Part shown: one piece after another, positions 1-9,319 of the stretch
How the letters are laid out: the number at the start of each line of letters is the position of its first letter
Numbering within the stretch: the first letter of the stretch is position 1
Assembly: GCA_965232515.1 (NCBI GenBank)
Contig: CBDDPY010000002.1
Span: 6,464,001 to 6,528,000 of the forward strand
Source of the DNA: Alphaproteobacteria bacterium
GTDB taxonomy: Bacteria; Pseudomonadota; Alphaproteobacteria; GCA-2731375
DNA: 64,000 nt
Reading direction: 5' to 3'
Program-made: the position numbers and the translations under genes
Notes under the pieces: model-generated
The model's database searches: none
The model's input: the letters and a program-made list of their open reading frames with translations, nothing else
What the model was told of the DNA's origin: nothing

Positions 1-2
1 AT

Positions 3-566
3 GGTCATGGGCGAAACCATCATCATGCCCATCGCCAGCAGAACGTTGGAAACGATCAGGTCGATGGTGATGAACGGCAGGTAGATCAGGAACCCGATCT
101 GAAATGCGGTGGTCAATTCGCTCACCACGAATGCCGGGATCAGGATCAGCAAGTTGTCAGCGTTGATGCTGTCGCGCAGTTCCACAGGCCAAAGCCGGCC
201 GGCCGTCTGCATGAAGAACGAGGTCTCGGCTGCGGACGCGTGTTCCGACAGGAAGGCACGAAACGGTCCGGCTGCGCTGTCCAGGCTCGCCATCAGCGTC
301 GCGACGTCGGCGTTTTCAAAGTCGACGGTCTCCAGGATCTCGAACCCTGCGATCACAACCGGCGCCATGATGTAGACGGTCAGAACGATGGCCAGGCCAT
401 GCAGCACCATGTTGGGCGGAATCTGCTGCACGCCCAGGGCATTCCGGATAAGCGAGAACACCACGACAAGCTTCACGAATGACGTTGCCATGATGACGAG
501 CGCCGGTGTCAGGCCGATCACGGCAACGATGAAAATCAGGGTGACCGGATCCGGAAGGCTATCCAT
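3..566 (-). CDS. sctR: T3SS export apparatus protein SctR (YscR/FliP family), runs off the window edge
   Basis: Manual translation from ATG 566: MDSLPDPVTLIF...ATSFVKLVVVFSLIRNALGVQQIPPNMVLHGLA...ELTTAFQIGFLIYLPF; overlaps the sctQ stop; not in the ORF track because it is truncated. Confidence 0.93.
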   Translation of the reverse strand, partial: MDSLPDPVTLIFIVAVIGLTPALVIMATSFVKLVVVFSLIRNALGVQQIPPNMVLHGLAIVLTVYIMAPVVIAGFEILETVDFENADVATLMASLDSAAGPFRAFLSEHASAAETSFFMQTAGRLWPVELRDSINADNLLILIPAFVVSELTTAFQIGFLIYLPFITIDLIVSNVLLAMGMMMVSPMT

Positions 567-1602
567 CTTTCTTCTCGGCGAGGCGGACGACCCGGACCCC
601 CAGTCGGTCGTCGATCTGAACGAGTTCCCCCTCGCCAATGACGCGGCCCGACGCCATGATTTTCACCGACTGGGACACCGGCGTATCGAGCTTGATCGCG
701 AAACCGGGCGTAAGGGCCTGCAGTTCGGCGAACGTCATCACGGTCTGTCCAACCATGAAGTCGATGCGCACGCCGACGTCATCCAACGTCGCGCCTGCCG
801 GCGCGCCTTCTTCCGTGTCGTCGGAACGGTCTTCGTTTTCGTCGTTCATGGCGCCAACCGTAAGATCTTCCACAATCACTTTGTCGTTCTCAGGCCGACC
901 GAAGCCGACCAGTTGCGAGCGTGCTCCTAGAAGGATCGAAAGCCGGTTGGGATCGGTCTCCCGAGGCAGCAGAATGGCGCCGCCCGACCGCAGCCGGGCA
1001 CACTCACTCCGACTCAGGACGAACCCGCGCAAACAGAACGATACCGTTGCCGGTATGGTCGACGCTTCCGGCCAGGCCGCGCCGATCGGCAGGACCCGAA
1101 GTTTTTCCGTCAGCCGGCCGTCCGCTTCCGGGCTCAGATGCATGATAGCGAGCGGCTGCAGGGAATCGTCGCCTCCGGCGTAGAGCCCCAAGAGACGCCA
1201 GTCCGGAGGGACGTCATGCCTCGTTCCTTCAAGAACGATCCGGCCGCCAAGACAATCGTCGATCCCGTCCATGAGCGGACGAAATGCGACCGTCGCCAGT
1301 GCTTTCGCCAACGGCGCCGGCAATCCGGACAGCGGAACATCGGCCACGCCTTCCGGGTAAAGCGCCGGCAGCCGGCGCTCGGCGACTGACAGGACGAACG
1401 CCGCCTCACCAGCAACGCACGCGTAACGTACGCAGGGGTCCGGCACCCGATCTGCCGGCGCAGGCGCCAGGCGTAGATCGCGTTCGCCGAGTATGGCCGA
1501 ACCGTTCCCGCCGCGTGTTGCAAGAAGGTTGTCGCATTCGACCTGCCCTGCCGACAGCTTGGGCAGGTCGACCGGCATTATGGCATCAGGGGCGTTCAAC
1601 AT
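559..1602 (-). CDS. sctQ: T3SS cytoplasmic ring protein SctQ (YscQ, C-terminal SpoA/FliN domain)
   Basis: C-terminal LDDVGVRIDFMVG...GRVIGEGELVQIDDRLGVRV SpoA motif; lies between sctP and sctR. Confidence 0.9.
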   Translation of the reverse strand: MLNAPDAIMPVDLPKLSAGQVECDNLLATRGGNGSAILGERDLRLAPAPADRVPDPCVRYACVAGEAAFVLSVAERRLPALYPEGVADVPLSGLPAPLAKALATVAFRPLMDGIDDCLGGRIVLEGTRHDVPPDWRLLGLYAGGDDSLQPLAIMHLSPEADGRLTEKLRVLPIGAAWPEASTIPATVSFCLRGFVLSRSECARLRSGGAILLPRETDPNRLSILLGARSQLVGFGRPENDKVIVEDLTVGAMNDENEDRSDDTEEGAPAGATLDDVGVRIDFMVGQTVMTFAELQALTPGFAIKLDTPVSQSVKIMASGRVIGEGELVQIDDRLGVRVVRLAEKKDG

Positions 1603-1608
1603 TTGCCG

Positions 1609-2409
1609 CTAGTCCAGGTCAGACAGTTCATCGCGCAGATCTCGTCGATTGCGCGACCGGCCATCGCCATGGGCGCCGCTGCCGTCCGTAGCCTGACCCT
1701 GTTCCACTTTGATGCGCACCGGCTCGCCTCTGTGGTGATCGAGTTCGTGCCGATCCAAGACGCGCTGCAACTGAGGCAGACCCGCCTCGAGCAATCGGGC
1801 CGCCTCCGCGGACACGGCGGCGAACCGCACGCTCAAACCGTCCGCCGCGCGAGCTATTGAGACCTCCGTGCCTGACAGGCTCTCCATGTTCAGCCTGATC
1901 CGGACTTCAGGCTGCCCGGCCTCCGGCCGCGCCACGAGGATCCTGTCGGCGAGCCTTTCCATGATCTCCGACACGCTCGGTCGTGCCGGTTCGGTTTGGC
2001 TGGCCTGGTCCGGACCCGCGCTCGTCAGGCCCTGCAAGCCGTGCAACACGCGATCACCCTGGCTGCTGAATCCCGACAATGCAGCATCCTGCATTTCCTC
2101 TATCGTGCGTTTCCGCTCGTCCTGTCTCTTGCTGAAGCTCTGCCGCTCGAAGAGCCGTCGATCGGCGGCGCTCGAGGATTTGTCGGCGTCCGCCTCGCCG
2201 CCTTTTGCCTTGTCTCGATCCGCCGGACGACGGTTGTCCGAGCGGGATCGGTCTTTTTTCCGGTCCTCCGACGGCCGATCCGCCAGGTCCTGAAACCGCT
2301 GGCTCGCGCTGTCCAGATCCTGCCCGTCGGTGTCGACGGCCTCGTCCTCGGCACTTGCGGACGAAGGCGCCGGCGCCGCCGCAAAACCCGTTCCTTTCAT
2401 GCCAACCAT
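1609..2409 (-). CDS. sctP: Needle-length ruler SctP (YscP/FliK-like, T3S4 domain), ~266 aa
   Basis: ATG 2409 with GAGGAG RBS just after the sctO stop; disordered N-terminus; RILVA...EVRIRL...GTEVSI...LSVRF T3S4-like motif; synteny. Confidence 0.82.
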   Translation of the reverse strand: MVGMKGTGFAAAPAPSSASAEDEAVDTDGQDLDSASQRFQDLADRPSEDRKKDRSRSDNRRPADRDKAKGGEADADKSSSAADRRLFERQSFSKRQDERKRTIEEMQDAALSGFSSQGDRVLHGLQGLTSAGPDQASQTEPARPSVSEIMERLADRILVARPEAGQPEVRIRLNMESLSGTEVSIARAADGLSVRFAAVSAEAARLLEAGLPQLQRVLDRHELDHHRGEPVRIKVEQGQATDGSGAHGDGRSRNRRDLRDELSDLD

Positions 2410-2410
2410 G

Positions 2411-2893
2411 TCAGGTGGCTCCTCTCTTGTGCGCCGCGTAGGCCGCCTCGGTGACCTCTTCCGTCTCCGTTTCTTCTTTGCGCGCCGCCGCGTTGCGTGC
2501 AGCCGCTTTCTGGACTTCGACAAACTCCTTGAACTTCTCCAGCGCTCGCAGGGCCTGCCGATGCACCTCAACGGCTTTTCCATGCTCCTCTTCGGCAGTC
2601 ACCACGGCTTTTCTTGCGTCTTCGACCGCCTCTTCCAGTTCGAGCTCGCGTTCGCGCATAAGGGCGACCGACTGTTTCATGTCCTCGAGCTTCTCCAGTT
2701 TGACCGCCATACCGCGAATCTCTTCGAATAGCCGGGCCTCTTCCGCCCGGCGGTGACCATGAAACTCGACAACGGCCGCTTCAGCGTCGCGTACCGCCTG
2801 CTCCCGTTCCGCCACCAGGGCTTTTGCCCGGACGACCGCGTTTGCGGCCGACTGTTCGCGGAAGCGCCTAATCCTCAGCAGATCTTCAAACAT
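2411..2893 (-). CDS. sctO: T3SS stalk protein SctO (YscO)
   Basis: 160 aa coiled coil starting LLRIRRFREQSA, ending R.LEKF.EF...E.E.EE; directly after the ATPase. Confidence 0.85.
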   Translation of the reverse strand: MFEDLLRIRRFREQSAANAVVRAKALVAEREQAVRDAEAAVVEFHGHRRAEEARLFEEIRGMAVKLEKLEDMKQSVALMRERELELEEAVEDARKAVVTAEEEHGKAVEVHRQALRALEKFKEFVEVQKAAARNAAARKEETETEEVTEAAYAAHKRGAT

Positions 2894-2985
2894 GCTGCTG
2901 TCTCAAACCGCCCGGCCCGCCGCTTGCGCCTTTCCTGCCTCTTTCGTTCTTACTCAGGCGCGTGAACGCGTCGTCGCCCACCTCC

Positions 2986-4329
2986 TCAGATCTGCTTGAG
3001 CTGCTCGATCGTGTCCTCGAATGTCGAGTGTTCATCGAGACCCTGTTGCAGAAACGCACGGATTGTCGGCATTCGGTCGATCGCTTCGTCCGCTAGGGAA
3101 TCGGCCCCGCGTTGGTATTCGCCGATCTTCACCAACAGCTCGACTTCGTCGTATTTCGCCATGAGCGCACGCAGCCGTTGGGCGGCGGCCTTGTGCTCGC
3201 GGTCCACGATCGAGTTCATCACACGACTCACGCTTGCCAGTACGTCGATCGCCGGATAGTGGTTCTCGGCCGCGAGCTTCCGCGACAAAATGATGTGGCC
3301 GTCCAGAATACTGCGCGTTTCGTCAGCCACCGGTTCTGTCATGTCATCGCCCTCGACCAAGACGGTGTAGAGCGCCGTAATGAAACCCTTGTCCGATTGG
3401 CCGGCACGCTCCATCAGTCTCGGCAACGCCGCGAACACCGACGGGGGAAATCCGCGACGGGTCGGCGGTTCGCCGGCGGCAAGGCCGATCTCGCGCTGCG
3501 CGCGTGCGAACCGGGTGACGGAATCCATCAGCAACAGCACCCGCATGCCGCGGTCCCGAAAGTATTCGGCGACCGTCGTCGCCACGTAGCACGCCTTGGC
3601 GCGTTCCATGGACGGGCGGTCGGACGTCGAAATAACCAGCACCGACTTGGCGGCGCCCTCCGGTCCCAGATCGTGCTCGAGGAACTCGCGCACTTCGCGG
3701 CCGCGTTCACCGACCAGGCAGAGCACGGTCACGTCGACATCGGCGCCCTGCACCAACATCGACAGCAGCGTCGATTTGCCGCCGCCGGCTGCCGCAAAGA
3801 TGCCCATGCGCTGACCTTCACCAACCGTCAACACGCCATCCAGTGCGCGCAGTCCCATGGGTGTCGGCCTGGAGATGATTTCCCGCGACATGGGGTCCGG
3901 GCTGTCGCGATAGACGGAGTAATACTCTTCGACCTCGAGCGGCCCTTTCTGATCTTCATCGAGAGGTTCGCCCATGCCGTTCAGAACGCGGCCGATCAGC
4001 TTCGGCCCGACACCGACCGTATGGGGCCTGCCCGTCGGGACGACTTCGGTATGGGACGACACGCCTTGCATTTCGCCCATGGGGGTCAGGAGCGCGACGC
4101 GCCCCCTGAAGCCGACCACTTCAGCCTTGAGCTCGAAGTTCTCGGCGGGGCCACAGAGCAGGCACAATTCGCCGACTTTCGCAGCCGGGACCATCGCCTC
4201 GATGATCGTTCCGGTCACTTTGGTCACCCGGCCGCGGATTCTGACCAGGGTGCTTTCCTGCGCCGACGTCTTCAATTGGTCGGTGATGAACCTCAGATCG
4301 GATTCCGTGACGGCCCGTTCGCCCAGCAT
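2986..4329 (-). CDS. sctN: T3SS ATPase SctN (YscN)
   Basis: [17 protein letters not shown] Walker [40 protein letters not shown]. Confidence 0.97.
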   Translation of the reverse strand: MLGERAVTESDLRFITDQLKTSAQESTLVRIRGRVTKVTGTIIEAMVPAAKVGELCLLCGPAENFELKAEVVGFRGRVALLTPMGEMQGVSSHTEVVPTGRPHTVGVGPKLIGRVLNGMGEPLDEDQKGPLEVEEYYSVYRDSPDPMSREIISRPTPMGLRALDGVLTVGEGQRMGIFAAAGGGKSTLLSMLVQGADVDVTVLCLVGERGREVREFLEHDLGPEGAAKSVLVISTSDRPSMERAKACYVATTVAEYFRDRGMRVLLLMDSVTRFARAQREIGLAAGEPPTRRGFPPSVFAALPRLMERAGQSDKGFITALYTVLVEGDDMTEPVADETRSILDGHIILSRKLAAENHYPAIDVLASVSRVMNSIVDREHKAAAQRLRALMAKYDEVELLVKIGEYQRGADSLADEAIDRMPTIRAFLQQGLDEHSTFEDTIEQLKQI

Positions 4330-4331
4330 TG

Positions 4332-4691
4332 TTAGCCGGTCCCACTATCCGGATCAGCGGCGATCGCCTGCAATGCGTCTTCCACTGTGTCTCGCACGGT
4401 CAGGACCTGGTGGAATCCGGTGAGGTTCACGACATCCATGACATCAGCGTTCAGCGCCGCCAGGGCGAAGCCTCGCGACTCGTTCGCGAGCACCTTGACC
4501 GCCATCAGAAAGACGCGAAGGCCGGCGCTGCTGACATAGTCGACATCGGCCAGATCCAGCACGATCGATCCGTCGCTTTCTTCGATGAGCGAAGTGATTT
4601 CTTTCTGCAGTACCGGTGCCGAACTGGCGTCAATCCTGCCGTCGATGTGCAGCACGTCTGCATTCGAGAAATTTTCCTGCTCTAACTTCAC
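4332..4691 (-). CDS. STAS-domain anti-sigma-factor antagonist (RsbV/SpoIIAA/BtrV-like)
   Basis: GRIDASSAP...[18 protein letters not shown] (phospho-acceptor Ser motif)...LTGF; GTG 4691 with GGAGA RBS; 2 nt before the sctN start. Confidence 0.9.
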   Translation of the reverse strand: MKLEQENFSNADVLHIDGRIDASSAPVLQKEITSLIEESDGSIVLDLADVDYVSSAGLRVFLMAVKVLANESRGFALAALNADVMDVVNLTGFHQVLTVRDTVEDALQAIAADPDSGTG

Positions 4692-4770
4692 GCCAATTCT
4701 CCAGGGTCGGTGAGAAGGGACGGGCACGACCGTATGCAGCGTATTGAACACGGTTCGCCCCGTAAGACTC

Positions 4771-4786
4771 CGGACGAAAACCGGAC
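4771..4786 (-). promoter_or_regulatory. Direct-repeat box GTCCG-N6-GTCCG upstream of the STAS-sctN operon
   Basis: Minus strand GTCCGGTTTTCGTCCG; TTCAAT 22 nt downstream. Confidence 0.7.
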
Positions 4787-4824
4787 CATTCGAGCGATGG
4801 CCTGCTGTGCGCCGCAACGTCAAT

Positions 4825-4840
4825 GTCCGCCGAATGTCCG
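4825..4840 (+). promoter_or_regulatory. Direct-repeat box upstream of the sctW operon
   Basis: GTCCGCCGAATGTCCG about 100 nt before the sctW ATG. Confidence 0.7.
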
Positions 4841-4941
4841 GTCACAATATCGGCTTCGACCGAATCTCGTAAGAATTCGGCACGCCATTTCAATGAGATC
4901 CTGACGCGTGGACGGATCGAGTTATCGCAGCGAGACACCAG

Positions 4942-6075
4942 ATGCCGGAAATGCGTACAGACCTTTCAGGTTTGAACGGCCCGAGAGCCCCCCAGGCAAA
5001 GGCCCCCGACATTGGAAAAGGCGGGGGCGTTTTCAGAGGCGCCGAAGTCCAGGTCGTCGATGTGAATTCGCTCATTTCGGATGCGGCGGAGGAATTGACG
5101 TCCGTGCTGAGCGAGGAAACGGAAAAGGACGTTTCAGACAGGGAAGTCGAAGAAGGCAAAAGGTCCGACAGTCTCGAACGCTTCATGCGGACTGGCGAAG
5201 TCAACGAACTCCTGAAATCGCTGGCGGACCTCGACAAAAAGTCCCTGCATCGCGGCATCAAGGCCCTGCTGCAGCGGCAAAGCGTCGATCCCCGTGAACT
5301 TCGGGAAGAAGCCCGAGACCAGTTCAGGGAGCCGGCCCACCAGTATGCGGCGCTCAGGGGCCTCCTCGATGTTCTGAAAGGTCGCGGCGCCGCCAAGGAG
5401 CAGGTCGACGCCGCCGAAGCCGCGCTCGACAGCCTGGTCGAGGAACACGGCTCTGCGATCCGCGCCGCGATAAATATCGGCCCGGCGTCAAAAGAATTCG
5501 TGCTGACGGGCCTGGGCGATGCCCAGTCCCTGCGCGACGCCTACCGATCCAACATACGTGACTACAAGAACATGAGCGCGGTCCTTGACGACCTTACCCA
5601 GCGGTTCGGCGAAGGCGATCTCGAAAAATCGATCAGGTTCATGACCAAGGCACTTTCGGCCGACCTGGAAGCCGACGGATCGTCGATCGACGAAGCGAAA
5701 CTCAACGTCATCCTTAAGGACATGCATCGGCTGAAGACCCTGACCACCGTTCTTGGAAACTGCGACATCCTGGCCGCCAGGGCTCAGGCGAATGGCGCAT
5801 CCCAGGCATTTACATCGGCAAAGGTCCTGCGCGAGATCGTGCCGTTGCAGGATGCCATCAGGGTCGTCCCGGATCACATCGCGGCGATCCCGGAGAGAGC
5901 CGGCCTCAACGATGTGAGCAAACAGATCAACTTTCTAAGTGATTTCAAGGAGATGGCCCGTCTGATCCCGCTGGAGAGCTTCGTCCGCGCGGAAAACCGG
6001 GAAAAGCTGATGGAAGCGATTCAGGACGCGCTGGACGAAAAAATTGCTCGCGAGGAAGAGGAAGAAGTCGCATGA
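4942..6075 (+). CDS. sctW: T3SS gatekeeper SctW (YopN with fused TyeA domain)
   Basis: ISDAAEELT...SE, AIRAAINI, LRDAYR, ALSADL HrpJ-domain motifs; TyeA-like C-terminus (RLIPLESF...REKLMEAIQDALDEKIAREEE). Confidence 0.9.
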   Translation: MPEMRTDLSGLNGPRAPQAKAPDIGKGGGVFRGAEVQVVDVNSLISDAAEELTSVLSEETEKDVSDREVEEGKRSDSLERFMRTGEVNELLKSLADLDKKSLHRGIKALLQRQSVDPRELREEARDQFREPAHQYAALRGLLDVLKGRGAAKEQVDAAEAALDSLVEEHGSAIRAAINIGPASKEFVLTGLGDAQSLRDAYRSNIRDYKNMSAVLDDLTQRFGEGDLEKSIRFMTKALSADLEADGSSIDEAKLNVILKDMHRLKTLTTVLGNCDILAARAQANGASQAFTSAKVLREIVPLQDAIRVVPDHIAAIPERAGLNDVSKQINFLSDFKEMARLIPLESFVRAENREKLMEAIQDALDEKIAREEEEEVA

Positions 6076-6443
6076 CGATGATCGGCGCATCCGTATCCGA
6101 CTTCGGCAGCGGCCTCGGTCTGGAGTTGGACGAGCTGGGCCGGGGCGGTCACGTGGCGCTTGCGATCCGCGACGTCGGCCAGGTCCATTTCGAGCACCTC
6201 AACGAACAGCTCCTGGTCTACATGTCGCGTCCGATCGACGTCGCGCTGGATCGCCTTGGCGTATGGAAGGCCGCGTTGAGGGCAGTGCACGTGAGCCAGC
6301 GCGTTCCCGTCCGCGTGCAGTGCTCGCTGCATGGCGATGACCTGGTCTTCCTCGCCCGGTACGAAGAGCACGAAGTCGATCGGCCGGCCCTGGAACGGGC
6401 TCTGGATGTGCTGTCCGACCTGCACCAAAAGGTCAGAACCTAG
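6072..6443 (+). CDS. sycN: SycN-like chaperone of the gatekeeper
   Basis: 123 aa, F..GLGL start, LERALDVL end; ATGA overlap with sctW; Ysc synteny. Confidence 0.75.
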   Translation: MTMIGASVSDFGSGLGLELDELGRGGHVALAIRDVGQVHFEHLNEQLLVYMSRPIDVALDRLGVWKAALRAVHVSQRVPVRVQCSLHGDDLVFLARYEEHEVDRPALERALDVLSDLHQKVRT

Positions 6444-6472
6444 GCAACCGGATCCGTTGGAGGCATGCAGAC

Positions 6473-6853
6473 ATGAACGAAGTGTCGCTTTGGCAGCCGA
6501 ACGTCGGCATTGAATCCATCGGCTGGCGCGAGACCGGCGACAGGACGAGATTGCCCGGTCCGGGCCAGACCGGTGGGATCTACGGCGGCAAGGTCAGGCA
6601 GAGCCTGCGCGGCCTTTACGATCAAGTGACGAGCCAGGACGTCGTGCTCGACATGACGTCACCGCACATCACCGATCCCGGCCTCCTCTTGCCGCACAAG
6701 TTCGAAGCCGCGTTGCTCGATGTCGTCGACAAGATGGAAGCGCGCGCGGCGGCGCACCCGGACGACGATCATGCCGCACTTGCACATGTTCGGGAAATCA
6801 AAGCGGCGCGCGACGTTTGGCGTTTCAACCTCGTCGCCTTGAACATGGCCTGA
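6473..6853 (+). CDS. sctX: YscX-like protein
   Basis: GIESI N-terminus, P.ITDP.LL.P..F motif, C-terminal ALNMA; lies between sycN and sctY. Confidence 0.65.
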   Translation: MNEVSLWQPNVGIESIGWRETGDRTRLPGPGQTGGIYGGKVRQSLRGLYDQVTSQDVVLDMTSPHITDPGLLLPHKFEAALLDVVDKMEARAAAHPDDDHAALAHVREIKAARDVWRFNLVALNMA

Positions 6854-6861
6854 CCAGACCG

Positions 6862-7212
6862 ATGCTGACACCGGACAAATGGTCGAATGCCGACACGAAG
6901 ATCCTGCAGGTTCTGGCCAGCGTGCTGGCTAGTCAGAACCGAGAGGTCAAGGCGGCGGATCTCCTGGAGTATGCCCTGGCCCATGAGCCGGACAATCCGG
7001 AGCTGATCCGGGCGCTGTCGGGCGTCTACCTGATGCTGGAGCGTTATGCCGACGCGCTCGACATGGTCGAACGCTACCTCTCCAACTCGGAAAAGGGACC
7101 GGACCGGGCAGACGTGCTCATGGTGAAAGGGCAGGCGCTTTGGGGCCTCGGGCGAACCCCGGACGCTGTGGCGGCCACCAACGAATACCTGTCTTTGACG
7201 TCACGGCCATGA
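6862..7212 (+). CDS. sctY: YscY-like TPR chaperone
   Basis: 116 aa TPR-like (KA..LL..AL...[17 protein letters not shown]); ATGA overlap with sctV. Confidence 0.75.
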   Translation: MLTPDKWSNADTKILQVLASVLASQNREVKAADLLEYALAHEPDNPELIRALSGVYLMLERYADALDMVERYLSNSEKGPDRADVLMVKGQALWGLGRTPDAVAATNEYLSLTSRP

Positions 7213-9305
7213 ACTTTCAACGCGCACAACACCTGCTGATCGCGATTACGGCGCGCAACGACATCATGCTTGCGTGTCTGGTCGTCGCGGTGATCTTCAT
7301 GATGGTGATCCCGCTGCCGACGATCCTGATCGACACGTTGATCGCCATCAACATCATGTCGGGCATGTTGCTTCTTATGGTGTCGATGTACATCCCGTCG
7401 CCGTTGTCTTTCTCGTCTTTCCCATCCGTGCTGCTCGTGACAACGCTGTTTCGTCTCGCGCTGTCGATTTCCACAACCCGACTGGTCCTGTTGAACGCCG
7501 ACGCCGGCGAGATCATCTTCGCGTTCGGCAATTTCGTGGTGGAGGGAAACTTCATCGTCGGCGCCGTGATCTTCCTGATCATCACCATCGTGCAGTTCAT
7601 GGTGATCACCAAGGGCGCGGAGCGGGTCGCCGAAGTCAGCGCGCGTTTCTCGCTCGATGCCATGCCTGGAAAGCAGATGTCCATCGATGGCGACATGCGG
7701 GCCGGCGTCATCGACCTAGACGAAGCGCGTCGACGCCGATCCAACGTGGAAAAGGAGAGCCAGCTCTTCGGGTCCATGGATGGCGCCATGAAATTCGTCA
7801 AAGGCGACGCCATCGCGGGACTGATCATTACGGCCGTCAACATCATCGGCGGCATCGCCATCGGCACGACACAGCATGGCATGACCGCAGGCGAGGCGGT
7901 GGAGACCTACTCCATCCTGACCATTGGCGACGGGCTCGTAAGCCAGATTCCCGGCCTGCTGATCGCGATCACATCAGGCATAATCGTCACCCGGGTGACG
8001 ACAGAAGAGTCGACCAATATGGGCGCCGATATCGGCCGCCAACTTCTCGCCCAGCCCAAGGCGCTGATGATTGCCGGCTCGATGATGTTTCTGTTCGGGG
8101 TGGTCCCGGGTTTCCCGACGCCGGTGTTTTTCACGCTGGGAATTTTGCTCCTGTCCACCGGCTTCTTGCTTGATCGCATGTTCAAGGAGCGCCTGGCGGC
8201 CGGCGAAGAAGCGATGGTGCCGGCCATGGCGGCCGCGGGCGAGTCGCCCGAACAGGCGGCCAAACAGAAGATGGGAACGGAAGAAGAGTTTCTGCTCACC
8301 GTTCCCCTGCTCATCGACGTCGATGCAAACGTGGAAACAGCGATCAGCGCCGACGTGCTGAACGACGAGCTGATCAAGATCCGCCGGGCGCTCTATCTTG
8401 ACTTGGGCGTTCCGTTCCCCGGCATCCATCTTCGTTTCAACGACGAGCTCACAGACGGCCAGTATCAAATCCTTGTCCAGGAAACGCCGATGGCGACCGG
8501 CCAACTGCGTGCCGACCATGTCTTCTGCCGCGAAAAGGCCAGCCAGCTCGACCTGCTGGGAATTCAATACGAAAGCGGCGATGCATTTCTGCCCGGAAGC
8601 CCCACGACGTGGGTTCGAGAGGATTATGCGGAACAGATGGCGTCCGCAGGAATCGCCTATCTCAACATGTCTCAAGTCCTGACCTACCACCTCTCGTTCG
8701 TCCTGACCCGCTACGCTTCGGACTTCATTGGCATTCAGGAGACACGCTACCTGTTGACCCAGATGGAGGACCGGTTTGGCGAGTTGGTGAAGGAGGTGCA
8801 GCGCGTCCTGCCAATCCACAAGATCACCGAGGTGTTTCAACGGCTCGTTTCCGAAGAAATCTCGATCCGGGACCTGCGCACGATCAACCAGGCCCTGGTC
8901 GAGTGGGGTCAGAAGGAAAAGGACACGGTCCTTCTTTGCGAATACATACGCGGCAGCCTGCGTCGGTACATCAGCTACAAGTACTCCAACGGCCAGAACA
9001 TGCTGCCGGCCTATATTCTGGCGCCAGACACCGAGGAGCAGATCCGAAACGGCATCCGCCAGACCTCGGCGGGAAGCTACCTTGCGCTCGACCCCCGGGT
9101 GACGCAGAAGTTCGTCGAAACGGTCAAAGAGGTCGTAGGGGACTTGAGCAAGAGCCGTCAGCGCCCTGTCATCGTCGTATCGATGGACATTCGCCGTTAC
9201 GTCCGCAAACTGATCGAAAAGGACCTCTACGAACTGCCGGTCCTTTCCTATCAAGACCTGACACAGGAGATCACCGTCCAGCCCCTTGACCAGATCAGCG
9301 TCTAA
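7209..9305 (+). CDS. sctV: T3SS export gate SctV (YscV/LcrD, FHIPEP family)
   Basis: [59 protein letters not shown]. Confidence 0.97.
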   Translation: MNFQRAQHLLIAITARNDIMLACLVVAVIFMMVIPLPTILIDTLIAINIMSGMLLLMVSMYIPSPLSFSSFPSVLLVTTLFRLALSISTTRLVLLNADAGEIIFAFGNFVVEGNFIVGAVIFLIITIVQFMVITKGAERVAEVSARFSLDAMPGKQMSIDGDMRAGVIDLDEARRRRSNVEKESQLFGSMDGAMKFVKGDAIAGLIITAVNIIGGIAIGTTQHGMTAGEAVETYSILTIGDGLVSQIPGLLIAITSGIIVTRVTTEESTNMGADIGRQLLAQPKALMIAGSMMFLFGVVPGFPTPVFFTLGILLLSTGFLLDRMFKERLAAGEEAMVPAMAAAGESPEQAAKQKMGTEEEFLLTVPLLIDVDANVETAISADVLNDELIKIRRALYLDLGVPFPGIHLRFNDELTDGQYQILVQETPMATGQLRADHVFCREKASQLDLLGIQYESGDAFLPGSPTTWVREDYAEQMASAGIAYLNMSQVLTYHLSFVLTRYASDFIGIQETRYLLTQMEDRFGELVKEVQRVLPIHKITEVFQRLVSEEISIRDLRTINQALVEWGQKEKDTVLLCEYIRGSLRRYISYKYSNGQNMLPAYILAPDTEEQIRNGIRQTSAGSYLALDPRVTQKFVETVKEVVGDLSKSRQRPVIVVSMDIRRYVRKLIEKDLYELPVLSYQDLTQEITVQPLDQISV

Positions 9306-9319
9306 GTCAAGCATTGGCC

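Noticed and set aside
5800-6075. Separate tyeA gene or programmed frameshift
   Set aside because: The TyeA-like domain is in frame with the YopN part; fused SctW is common (CopN, BopN, MxiC)
1-9305. Flagellar export cluster (fliP/fliN/fliI/flhA)
   Set aside because: Gatekeeper, SycN/YscX/YscY, class I and II chaperones and translocators are injectisome-specific; no flagellar structural genes seen
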